From positions 18,627 through 82,626 of the forward strand of contig DAXK01000048.1 in the NCBI GenBank assembly GCA_002506365.1: a DNA stretch of 64,000 bases. Direction: 5' to 3'. Shown piece by piece: positions 10,126-18,495 of this stretch. The stretch's first letter is position 1; each line of letters begins with the position of its first letter. A model generated the notes under the pieces. It had not been told where the DNA came from. It ran no database searches and saw only the letters and a list, made by a program, of their open reading frames with translations. The position numbers were made by a program, and so were the translations under genes. This DNA comes from an archaeon UBA583 (GTDB lineage Archaea > Nanobdellota > Nanobdellia > Woesearchaeales > UBA583).

Positions 10126-11058
10126 ATGACAGAATTTTCAAATCTTAAAACTTTAAGGTCATTTGACGAAAACTCTCTCCCAGACTTAGATGTTGTAACT
10201 TTGGGAGCTCTTGAATTATTTCAAGAAAACAAACCAGAATCCTTAGATTTCTCAAAACATTCTAGACCATTAGTTGTTGGAAGTGGGAATGCAATTTCTA
10301 CAGCAAAAATTTTATTTGAAAATACAAATGCTATTTACGCAAACGAATCAGACTATAAAGAAAAATTAAATTTAGATATTGACTCAGTTTACATATTTTC
10401 AGCTAGTGGTGGAAAGCACGCACCAATTTTAGCGAAAGCAGCTAAAGAAAAAAACCTTGAAACATTTTTAATAACTTGTTCAAATAATTCTCAAGCAGAA
10501 CAAATTGTAGGAAAAGAAAATACAATTGTAACACAAAAAAATAGAGAACCATATACATATAACACTTCAACTTACTTAGGTTGGATTTTAGCAAAAACAA
10601 AAGAAGATCCAAAAGAAATTTATGATTTTATTGAAACAAAAATTAAACCTCAAATTCCTCATAATTTTATTCACTATACTGGATATTTATTAGTAACTCC
10701 AGATAAATTTGTAAACTTAAATCCATTATTTGAAGTTAAATTTATTGAATTGTTTGGAAGAAAAATAGCAAGAGATGTAAAATCAGCTGAAGAACTAAAA
10801 CACGCAGTAACAGTTGTGCCAAGTAACACTGAATTATGTATTAACTTTACTGGAAAAGAAGTTGACTTTGTAGGAGATGTATTAAACATTGAAATTCCAG
10901 AAAATTTTGGACACGGTGCAATGATGGCAATTACATATTATATAATTGGATACATTCAAAAACAAAACCAACCATACTTTAAAGAAAATATAAAAGAATA
11001 TATCCAAAGAAACGCCAAAGGAGATTTCGGAAAAGCAATCAGTACGATTGTAGAATAG
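10126..11058 (+). CDS. SIS-like (sugar isomerase/phosphosugar-binding) domain protein
   Basis: PLVVGSGNAISTAKIL and IFSASGGKHAPILAKAAKEKNLETFLITCSNNS resemble SIS domain motifs. Confidence 0.4.
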   Translation: MTEFSNLKTLRSFDENSLPDLDVVTLGALELFQENKPESLDFSKHSRPLVVGSGNAISTAKILFENTNAIYANESDYKEKLNLDIDSVYIFSASGGKHAPILAKAAKEKNLETFLITCSNNSQAEQIVGKENTIVTQKNREPYTYNTSTYLGWILAKTKEDPKEIYDFIETKIKPQIPHNFIHYTGYLLVTPDKFVNLNPLFEVKFIELFGRKIARDVKSAEELKHAVTVVPSNTELCINFTGKEVDFVGDVLNIEIPENFGHGAMMAITYYIIGYIQKQNQPYFKENIKEYIQRNAKGDFGKAISTIVE

Positions 11059-11059
11059 A

Positions 11060-11084
11060 ATAATTTTTCTTTTAGAAAAATTAT
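11060..11084 (+). terminator. hairpin plus T-tract right after the 10126-11058 gene
   Basis: Perfect 10-bp inverted repeat ATAATTTTTC/GAAAAATTAT with a 5-nt loop, followed by ATTTTATTTATTTTT. Confidence 0.5.
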
Positions 11085-11163
11085 ATTTTATTTATTTTTA
11101 ATTCTTTAACAAAATAGAAATTTTGACAAAGTCAAAATTGTAATTTATGCTCAAAAAAATAGA

Positions 11164-11186
11164 AAAAATTTGTTTCACAAATTTTT
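11164..11186 (-). terminator. hairpin plus T-tract after gdhA
   Basis: 10-bp stem (AAAAATTTGT/ACAAATTTTT) with a 3-nt loop. On the minus strand it is followed by CTATTTTTTTGAG. Confidence 0.5.
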
Positions 11187-11190
11187 ATAT

Positions 11191-12534
11191 TTAAATAATT
11201 CCTTGAGCAATCATAGCATCAGCAACCTTAATAAAACCACCAATATTTGCCCCTTTAACATAATTCACATAATCTTCTTCTTTTCCATACTTTACACAAA
11301 TTTCATGGATATCTTTCATAATATTTTCTAACTTTTCTAAAACTTCTTTCTCACTCCAAGACAATCTAATTGAATTTTGAGCCATCTCTAAACCAGACAC
11401 AGCAACTCCACCTGCATTGGACGCTTTCCCAGGTGCAAACAAAATTTTATGCTTAATAAATTCATCAACCGCAGATTTAGTTGATGGCATATTTGCACCC
11501 TCACCAATAACTCTAACACCATTTGAAATCAAACTCTTCGCATCATCTAAATCAAGTTCATTTTGTGTAGCACAAGGCATAGCAATATCTGCTTTAATTT
11601 CCCAAGGTCTAGAACCTGCTAAATATTCAACTCCATAAAATTCATCTGCATATTCAGAAATTCTCCCTCTCTTCTCATTTTTCAACTTTTTAATATATTC
11701 TAATTTCTCTAGATCAATTCCATCTTTATCATAAACAGTTCCACCTGAATCAGACATTGACAAAACTTTAGCACCTTTTTTAATTAATAATTCAGTTGCA
11801 AACTGAGCAACATTTCCAGACCCTGAAACAAGCACAGACTTACCATTATAATCTTCATCAATAGTTTTTAACATATTTTCAACAAAAAAAACTAAACCAT
11901 AACCAGTAGCCTCAGGTCTAATTTTACTTCCACCATGATGTAAATGTTTCCCAGTTAAAGTTCCAGTAAACTCATTTCGAAGGCGCTTATATTGTCCAAA
12001 TAAATACCCTATCTCACGACCACCAACACCAATATCTCCAGCAGGCACATCTAAATTAGATCCAATATGACGACTCAACTCAGTCATAAAAGATTGACAA
12101 AATTTCATAATCTCATTATCAGATTTCCCCTTAGGGTCAAAATCTGAACCACCCTTTCCACCACCAAGCGGCAAATTCGTTAAAGAATTTTTAAACACTT
12201 GTTCAAACGCTAAAAACTTTAAAATACTTAAATTAACCGATGGATGAAATCGAAGTCCACCTTTATATGGTCCAATAGCAGAATTCATCTGAACTCTAAA
12301 TCCACGATTAATTTGAATTTCTCCATTATCATCAAGCCACGGAACTCTAAACATAATAACTCTCTCAGGCTCAACCATTCTCTCCATAATTTTTTCATCT
12401 AAATACCTTGGATTTTCTTCTAAAAATGGATAAATTGAATCTACAACTTCTTCAACAGCTTGTAAAAATTCACTCTCATGTGAATTTTTTAATCTTACTT
12501 GTTCCATAAATTTCTCAACATTTTTTTGTGTCAT
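11191..12534 (-). CDS. gdhA: NAD(P)-specific glutamate dehydrogenase
   Basis: 447 aa with the LPLGGGKGGSDFDPKGKSD catalytic Lys region and the GSGNVAQ dinucleotide fold. Collinear with hexameric GDHs. Confidence 0.93.
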   Translation of the reverse strand: MTQKNVEKFMEQVRLKNSHESEFLQAVEEVVDSIYPFLEENPRYLDEKIMERMVEPERVIMFRVPWLDDNGEIQINRGFRVQMNSAIGPYKGGLRFHPSVNLSILKFLAFEQVFKNSLTNLPLGGGKGGSDFDPKGKSDNEIMKFCQSFMTELSRHIGSNLDVPAGDIGVGGREIGYLFGQYKRLRNEFTGTLTGKHLHHGGSKIRPEATGYGLVFFVENMLKTIDEDYNGKSVLVSGSGNVAQFATELLIKKGAKVLSMSDSGGTVYDKDGIDLEKLEYIKKLKNEKRGRISEYADEFYGVEYLAGSRPWEIKADIAMPCATQNELDLDDAKSLISNGVRVIGEGANMPSTKSAVDEFIKHKILFAPGKASNAGGVAVSGLEMAQNSIRLSWSEKEVLEKLENIMKDIHEICVKYGKEEDYVNYVKGANIGGFIKVADAMIAQGII

Positions 12535-12680
12535 AAAATCCTTATAAATTTTAAACTATATAAATAAATCTTAATTATGAAATTAAACTAAACAATTTCA
12601 CAAAATAACTAACGAAATTAATAAACAAAAAATCACACAATAAAACAAAATTATAAATATAAATAAATTTAAAATTTAAT

Positions 12681-13565
12681 ATGGAAAAAGTAAATCAAAG
12701 AAAAAAATTAAATTATACAATTCATAATTTTAAAACATCTGATAATATTACATTAAATGGAATTTTAAATCAATCTAAATCAAAGCAAAACAACTCAACA
12801 ATTATATTACATATTCACGGTATGTGTTCAGATTTATTATCAAATGTTGGACAACTAGTATCAGAAACAGCAAATAAAAATAAATTCTCCTCATTTATAA
12901 TTAATACGAGAGGACATGGAATTGTATCAAGTTTTAAACAAACAAATAAAGATGGAACTAAATCCTATCATACAGGTGGAACAGCTTATGAAATTTTTGA
13001 AGATTCACAAATTGATATTCAAGCAGGAATTGATTATCTAAAAACTTTAGGATATAATAAAATTATTTTATCTGGACACTCAACAGGGTGTCAAAAAATA
13101 ATAAATTATCAATTAAATAACCTAAAAACAAAAACTGTAAAAGCATTAATTTTACTAGCTCCAGGAGATGACTTAAATGTTGAAAAAAGAGATAACTCAG
13201 AATTTCAAAAAACTTTAAAATTATCAAAAGAAAAATTCAATTCAAAAGCACTTTTCGCAACACACGACTTTGGATTACTATCTGCGAAAAGATTTTATAA
13301 TTTATTTAAAAAAACATCAATAGAATCAAATCTATTTAATTATACAAAAAATCTTGAATACTTAAAACAAATTAAAATTCCAATTTTAAGCTTAATTGGA
13401 GACGAAGATCCATATTTCTTAGATGTTCAAAAAGCAACAATTAATATCAAAAATAATCTAAAAAATCGAAAATCAAATTCAATATTAACAAAAGGAAATC
13501 ATAGTTACTATGGTGCTGAAGTTGAATGTGCTAGACATATAATTGATTTTTTAAACAAATTATAA
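12681..13565 (+). CDS. alpha/beta hydrolase
   Basis: Nucleophile elbow LSGHSTGCQ. The oxyanion region HIHGM and C-terminal GNHSY suggest the His. Confidence 0.6.
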   Translation: MEKVNQRKKLNYTIHNFKTSDNITLNGILNQSKSKQNNSTIILHIHGMCSDLLSNVGQLVSETANKNKFSSFIINTRGHGIVSSFKQTNKDGTKSYHTGGTAYEIFEDSQIDIQAGIDYLKTLGYNKIILSGHSTGCQKIINYQLNNLKTKTVKALILLAPGDDLNVEKRDNSEFQKTLKLSKEKFNSKALFATHDFGLLSAKRFYNLFKKTSIESNLFNYTKNLEYLKQIKIPILSLIGDEDPYFLDVQKATINIKNNLKNRKSNSILTKGNHSYYGAEVECARHIIDFLNKL

Positions 13566-13631
13566 TTATTTTATAATTTATTTTTTCAAAAATTACAAAT
13601 TATTATAAATAATAAAATTCAGTTTAATTTT

Positions 13632-14000
13632 ATGACTGATGAGAAATCTGCTTGGATGAAATGGAATCATACTAAAAAAAGAAAAAAATTAACTGATACT
13701 TTAGAAATTACAAATAATTTATTTTTTGAAAAACTATCTATTCCTGAAATTGCTAAAAAAAGACATTTTAAACTACAAACTATTGAATATCAAATAATTG
13801 AATTAATTACTTTAGGATATATTTATTTAGGAGATGTTGTTGAAGATAGTTTAGCTCATCAAATTTTAGATACATTTGAACACCAAGTTCCAGAATCACT
13901 AAAAGAAATTAAAGAAAAACTTCCTGAGGATATAACTTACTTTCAAATTAAATGTGTATTAGCATCAATTAATAATCAACCAGATAGTATTCATGATTAA
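13632..14000 (+). CDS. stand-alone helix-turn-helix protein (helicase-associated HTH_40-like)
   Basis: LSIPEIAKKRHFKLQTIEYQIIELI resembles the HTH found at the C-terminus of some helicases. Confidence 0.35.
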   Translation: MTDEKSAWMKWNHTKKRKKLTDTLEITNNLFFEKLSIPEIAKKRHFKLQTIEYQIIELITLGYIYLGDVVEDSLAHQILDTFEHQVPESLKEIKEKLPEDITYFQIKCVLASINNQPDSIHD

Positions 14001-14110
14001 TATTAATATTGCTTAATTATTTTCCACCAATTTATTTACTAAAATTTAATATTAAATTTTAAATAATAAAAATCTTTATAATAACTCAAATTATATTTAA
14101 TTTAATTACA

Positions 14111-15085
14111 ATGGATACAAATGATAAATTATATAGTTCTAAATTCAAAACTGCTGATATAAAATTGGGTTATGGATGTAATGATAAATGTGTTCATTGC
14201 GTTGTTGAAAAACTTCGAGATATCGCAATACAAAATAAACATCTTGATTTAAAAACTGATGAATATCTAAAAGAAATTGATAAAGTTATCTCGGACGGAA
14301 TTAAAAGAATAGTTGTAACGGGTGGAGAACCTACAATAAGAAAAGATTTTCCTATAATTATTGATTATATTAACAGTTTTGGAATTGAAATATTTCTACA
14401 AACAAATGGTAGATTTTTATCTAACTCAAACTTAATTGATAAAATAAAAAATAAAATTAATACATATATTATCGCACTACACGGACCAAATGAAACAATT
14501 CACGACATTGTAACACAAAGCTCAAATTCATTTAATCAAACTGTTCAAGGAATTAAAAATGTTGTTAAAATCGGTGGGAATGTTTGCGGGAAAACAGTAA
14601 TCTCAAAATTAAATTATAAAACATTATTACAAACATGTAAATTATATAACAAACTTGGAGTTAAAGAAATTTATATTGCATACCCTCATTCTTCTGGCGA
14701 AATTGATTATTTAAAAAAAATAGCTCCAACCTATACTCAAATAAAACCATATATAGAACAATGTTTAACTTGGGCAATTGAAAATAATATTAATTTAAAA
14801 TTAGAAAGTATTCTTCCATGTAATTTAGATAAAGAATTTCCAATTAAATATTACTATGATTTCACAGAATTTCTAGCTCAAAAAAAATATAAAATGCTTG
14901 ATGAAAATTATGGGTCTTGGGAAGAATTTACTAAAATGGACAAAAAAAAAGATTTTTCAAAATGTCAAAAATGTGTATTCAACAATTTCTGTAATGGTAT
15001 TTGGCACGAATATACAAACCTTTATGGATTTGAACAAATAAGACCTATAACTAAAATTCACGACAAATCAAATCTTAAATTCTAA
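14111..15085 (+). CDS. radical SAM enzyme with a C-terminal CxxCx5C auxiliary-cluster motif (possible HxsC-like maturase)
   Basis: GYGCNDKCVHCVV gives the CxxxCxxC motif, VVTGGEPTIRKD the SAM-binding GGE motif, and the C-terminus has CQKCVFNNFCNG. Confidence 0.8.
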   Translation: MDTNDKLYSSKFKTADIKLGYGCNDKCVHCVVEKLRDIAIQNKHLDLKTDEYLKEIDKVISDGIKRIVVTGGEPTIRKDFPIIIDYINSFGIEIFLQTNGRFLSNSNLIDKIKNKINTYIIALHGPNETIHDIVTQSSNSFNQTVQGIKNVVKIGGNVCGKTVISKLNYKTLLQTCKLYNKLGVKEIYIAYPHSSGEIDYLKKIAPTYTQIKPYIEQCLTWAIENNINLKLESILPCNLDKEFPIKYYYDFTEFLAQKKYKMLDENYGSWEEFTKMDKKKDFSKCQKCVFNNFCNGIWHEYTNLYGFEQIRPITKIHDKSNLKF

Positions 15086-15130
15086 AATAAAATAACAAAA
15101 ATATATAAATAAAATAATTATAATTTTTTT

Positions 15131-15439
15131 ATGAAAAAGGAACTTCCTAAAATTAAAAAATCGTTAAAATCATTTATTATCGAGGAAGATGCAAAAGTTA
15201 TGGATAAAACTGCAACTAAAGTAGCATTAGCTGTAACATTTGCAAGTTTAACATTTCTAGACTCAGTAGATGATGTAAACGCAAAAGGACATAGTAATCA
15301 CTATCACAAAAATAACTTATTAACTGAAGATTTTAAAACTGTTCAAGATCAAAGTGGAGAAGATTTTGAAGTAACTGAAGTTACACACACAAACGGATAC
15401 ACACACCAAAATAGTAAGCGTAGTTGGTATAAATTATAA
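15131..15439 (+). CDS. candidate secreted precursor peptide, His-rich C-terminal region
   Basis: 102 aa. A basic N-terminus plus hydrophobic helix TATKVALAVTFASLTFL and a VNA|K signal-peptidase-like site precede the repeated motifs GHSNHYHKNN and THTNGYTHQNS. Lies 45 bp after the radical SAM gene. Confidence 0.45.
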   Translation: MKKELPKIKKSLKSFIIEEDAKVMDKTATKVALAVTFASLTFLDSVDDVNAKGHSNHYHKNNLLTEDFKTVQDQSGEDFEVTEVTHTNGYTHQNSKRSWYKL

Positions 15440-15456
15440 AATTTATATCTATTTTT

Positions 15457-16635
15457 TTATTTTTTAAATTTATAATACAAATTAACTTTTTGATTTAAAG
15501 TATAATAAAATTCAAAACTTAAAGTAACTAATTCCTTATCATCATATTTATCTAACTTAATTTCTAACTCTGAAAAAATTTTATCATTTTCAAATTTATT
15601 TAATTCTAAAGATATATCAATTCTTTTAGCAATAATTTTATTATTTTTAATCTTAAAATCTAATAAAACTCCACGCAAACTTTCACTAAAACTATAATTA
15701 ATTATCTTATTATATTTTGATTTAAACTCATCTGGTATATCTGACACAAAATCATCAATTTCATATATTTTAATTTTTTCCTTTTGATGATAAACTTTAA
15801 TTTTAAAATTATTTTCTTCATCAAAATCAATTCCAATCCCCCAAATTTTATCACTAAGTTCAGGTTTTATATTTAAAATATCTACACATACTTTTAATTC
15901 ATTTTCACTATATTCATCACAACTAAAATATAATGTTTTACGAATACTTTTATCTTTCATCTCAGCAAAACTAATCCCAACTTTAGAACTTAATTGAAGA
16001 CATTTTTCAATTTCTAAAAACTTCTTACTTCCAAAAATACTTTGTAAATAATTATCAAATACTTTTGAATTTTTCATTTTATACAAATAACAAACAAATC
16101 TATCATTATTACTTTCTTGACTTTTACCTAAATAAGAATCAACAAAAATAAAAGATGACTTAACTAAAAAATCATTATTTTTAATTAACTCTAATAATTC
16201 AAAAGACATATCTTTAACTTTACAACTTTTAAAATTTTCAATTTTAGAAATCTCCTTACTTGAATTAAACTCAAAATAATCTTCTCCTAAAAACTCAGTT
16301 TCCCCAAATTTTTTTTTATAATTTAAACATTCAAAATCACAATTTAAAATATCAACAAACTTCCAATACTTTAAACACATATGAGATTTTAAAAAAAAAG
16401 AATAAATAATACTTTCTGGAAAATTTTTAAATATTATTTTTTTAATAATTTTTTTATCAATTAAACTATATAAATATTTTTTTTGAATTTCAAAAAATTT
16501 AGAAATAGGCACACCTAAATTATACTCTTTAAAATCAAACTCAAATTCTCCATTACATAAATTAGAATTATAAATGATATCAAAACTTAACTGATTATCT
16601 AACTTAAACTCTAATTTAAATGTATTATTATTCAT
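15457..16635 (-). CDS. hypothetical protein (392 aa), translationally overlapped with the HxsD-like gene
   Basis: 8-nt overlap with the upstream gene. The C-terminal half shows a repeating strand-strand-helix pattern (GISFAEM..TLYFS, GIGIDFDEENNFKIKVYH, GVLLDFKIKNNKIIAKRIDISL, LVTLSFEFYYTLNQKVNLYYKF). No family recognised. Confidence 0.55.
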   Translation of the reverse strand: MNNNTFKLEFKLDNQLSFDIIYNSNLCNGEFEFDFKEYNLGVPISKFFEIQKKYLYSLIDKKIIKKIIFKNFPESIIYSFFLKSHMCLKYWKFVDILNCDFECLNYKKKFGETEFLGEDYFEFNSSKEISKIENFKSCKVKDMSFELLELIKNNDFLVKSSFIFVDSYLGKSQESNNDRFVCYLYKMKNSKVFDNYLQSIFGSKKFLEIEKCLQLSSKVGISFAEMKDKSIRKTLYFSCDEYSENELKVCVDILNIKPELSDKIWGIGIDFDEENNFKIKVYHQKEKIKIYEIDDFVSDIPDEFKSKYNKIINYSFSESLRGVLLDFKIKNNKIIAKRIDISLELNKFENDKIFSELEIKLDKYDDKELVTLSFEFYYTLNQKVNLYYKFKK

Positions 16636-16963
16636 TGTTTGAATTTGAAACTCCTTGACTTAAAATTGCTTTTTCTAAAATTAATTGTCTAATCTCTGAT
16701 GTATTTTTCATTTGATCTAAATAAGAACTAGACTCAATTAATTCATCAAAAAATCCATAAACTGCATCATTTAAATTATTCTCTTTATTATCTTCATCTT
16801 TAAACTTTAAAGATACAATCCAATTTTTATCATCACAATCAATTAAAAAATAAAACTTATCTAACAATACATAAGTAGTTTGAACAACAACTTGTTTAGA
16901 ATAAATTTCTTTATTAATTTTAATTATAGCTTCATTATCAACAATTTCAAAATTTGACTTCAT
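16628..16963 (-). CDS. HxsD-like small protein (radical-SAM partner/chaperone-like)
   Basis: The track start is GTG at 17002, and ATG at 16963 (MKSNFEIV...) is more plausible. The layout (A.I.INKEIYSKQVV..TTYVL...YF.I......W.V.L......, then FFDELIESSSYLDQMKNTSEIRQLILEKA) resembles the HxsD family as I recall it. Confidence 0.5.
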   Translation of the reverse strand: MKSNFEIVDNEAIIKINKEIYSKQVVVQTTYVLLDKFYFLIDCDDKNWIVSLKFKDEDNKENNLNDAVYGFFDELIESSSYLDQMKNTSEIRQLILEKAILSQGVSNSNNE

Positions 16964-16984
16964 AATAATTACTAGCAACAAAAC

Positions 16985-16992
16985 TTTATAAA
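16985..16992. promoter_or_regulatory. palindromic TATA box shared by two divergent, apparently leaderless genes
   Basis: The centre of TTTATAAA lies 25.5 nt from ATG 17014 (+) and 25.5 nt from ATG 16963 (-), matching the archaeal TATA-to-TSS spacing of about 26. Confidence 0.45.
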
Positions 16993-17013
16993 CTTTAACC
17001 ACTAAAATTTCTT

Positions 17014-18444
17014 ATGGAAAATACATTTTGTAAAAAAGAAGGAATCGATTATATTCAAAACTTTTATAGATTCACTCTTTTTGACAAAAAAAAAATGATG
17101 TATCTAATTACTCTTGATGATGGAAACTTTTTATTTATTAATCAATCAATTTTTAAACAAATAAAACGAGGAAAAATAATTGATGAAAAAACTTACAATG
17201 ATTTATTATTAAAAGGAATTTTAATTACTCCTCAAAACATTTCAAAAGTAATTTCACAAACAAAAAATAAATACTCTTTTCTAACTCATGGAACTTCACT
17301 TCACATTGTAATTCCGACATTTAGATGTAATCAAGGTTGTAGTTACTGTTTTGCTTCACCAAAAGCAATTGATGATATTGAAAATGGGAATGACCTAGAT
17401 GAAAAAACTTCTAAAAAAATCATTGAATTTATTTTAAATTCTCCAAGTAAATCAATAACTATAGAATTTACTGGTGGTGAAGCTATGGCTAATTATGAAC
17501 AAATTAAAGTTATGGCATTACATGCAAAACAACTAAACAAAACAAAACAAAAAAAATTAACTTTAACAATAATTACAAACTTAACTATGGTTAATGATGA
17601 AATGATTGATTGGTTAATTGATCACGACATATCTATCTGCACATCATTAGATGGTCCAGAACACGTCCACGATAAAAATAGATATATTCAAATAAAATCA
17701 GGAAAACAAATTGGAACACATAAAACAGTTACAACTTGGATTAACAAAATTAATGAAAAATATAAACAACGTGGATTAAATGAGCAAATTGGTTCTCTTC
17801 CAACAATTACAAAATACTCTCTTCCATACTATAAAGAAATTTTAGATGAACACTTTAAATATAATTTAGATACAGTTGATATTAGAACATTAACATCTGT
17901 TGGTAAAGCAAATGAAGAAGACGATATAACATACTCAACAAAAGAATTTACACAATTTTATGTTAACTGTATTAACTATATTGAAGAACTAGAAAAAAAA
18001 TCAGGTAAAAAATATTTTGAAAGATTAAAAGAATTATACCACACTAAAATTATAAAAAATATGCCTGGTTACCATGCAGACTTTGAAAGTCCTTGTGGTG
18101 CTACAACTGGACAAATAACTTATCATTCTGATGGAAAGATTTATACTTGTCATGAAGGACTAGGACGGGAAGAATTTCAAGTTGGAGATGTTTTCAAAGA
18201 TAAATGGGAAGATTTATTTCAAAAACCTCAAACACAAAAAGCAATATTAAATTCAATGATTGAACAGAATGTTAAATGTGATAGGTGCGCATATAAACCA
18301 TATTGTGGGACTTGTATGGTGGAAAATTTTTATCATTTTGATAAATTTAATTTTTATCCAACAAAAACTCAAAGACACCATATCACAATTATGCAAAGTA
18401 ATGATATATTTGGAAAAATTTACAATAAATTAAATTTAAAATAA
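17014..18444 (+). CDS. radical SAM/SPASM-domain maturase (HxsB-like/anSME-like)
   Basis: PTFRCNQGCSYCF gives the CxxxCxxC motif and FTGGEAM the GGE motif. The C-terminus has CGATTGQITYHSDGKIYTC...CDRCAYKPYCGTC, a SPASM motif. The N-terminal YRFTLFD...YLITLDDGNFLFINQSIF segment is typical of HxsB-type proteins. Confidence 0.85.
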   Translation: MENTFCKKEGIDYIQNFYRFTLFDKKKMMYLITLDDGNFLFINQSIFKQIKRGKIIDEKTYNDLLLKGILITPQNISKVISQTKNKYSFLTHGTSLHIVIPTFRCNQGCSYCFASPKAIDDIENGNDLDEKTSKKIIEFILNSPSKSITIEFTGGEAMANYEQIKVMALHAKQLNKTKQKKLTLTIITNLTMVNDEMIDWLIDHDISICTSLDGPEHVHDKNRYIQIKSGKQIGTHKTVTTWINKINEKYKQRGLNEQIGSLPTITKYSLPYYKEILDEHFKYNLDTVDIRTLTSVGKANEEDDITYSTKEFTQFYVNCINYIEELEKKSGKKYFERLKELYHTKIIKNMPGYHADFESPCGATTGQITYHSDGKIYTCHEGLGREEFQVGDVFKDKWEDLFQKPQTQKAILNSMIEQNVKCDRCAYKPYCGTCMVENFYHFDKFNFYPTKTQRHHITIMQSNDIFGKIYNKLNLK

Positions 18445-18495
18445 TTATTATTTAATAATAAATTAAAATTATATAATTAATATAACTTTTAAAAA

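Noticed and set aside
16964-17002. GTG-initiated 13-residue N-terminal extension of the HxsD-like ORF. There are similar TTG/GTG-extended track starts at 407, 19752, 24943, 26377, 28802, 44126, 45823 and 61520.
   Set aside because: The extensions would leave no room for promoters, or would encode hydrophobic or low-complexity leaders absent from the recognisable family cores. A downstream ATG fits better in each case.
18466-18485. About 19-nt AT-only match AATTATATAATTAATATAA shared by 18466-18485 and 20748-20767, with a looser copy near 58253, considered as a dispersed repeat or MITE end
   Set aside because: It consists only of A/T. A rough estimate suggests about one such match is expected by chance among the AT-rich intergenic positions of this window. 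There are no flanking inverted repeats or target duplications.
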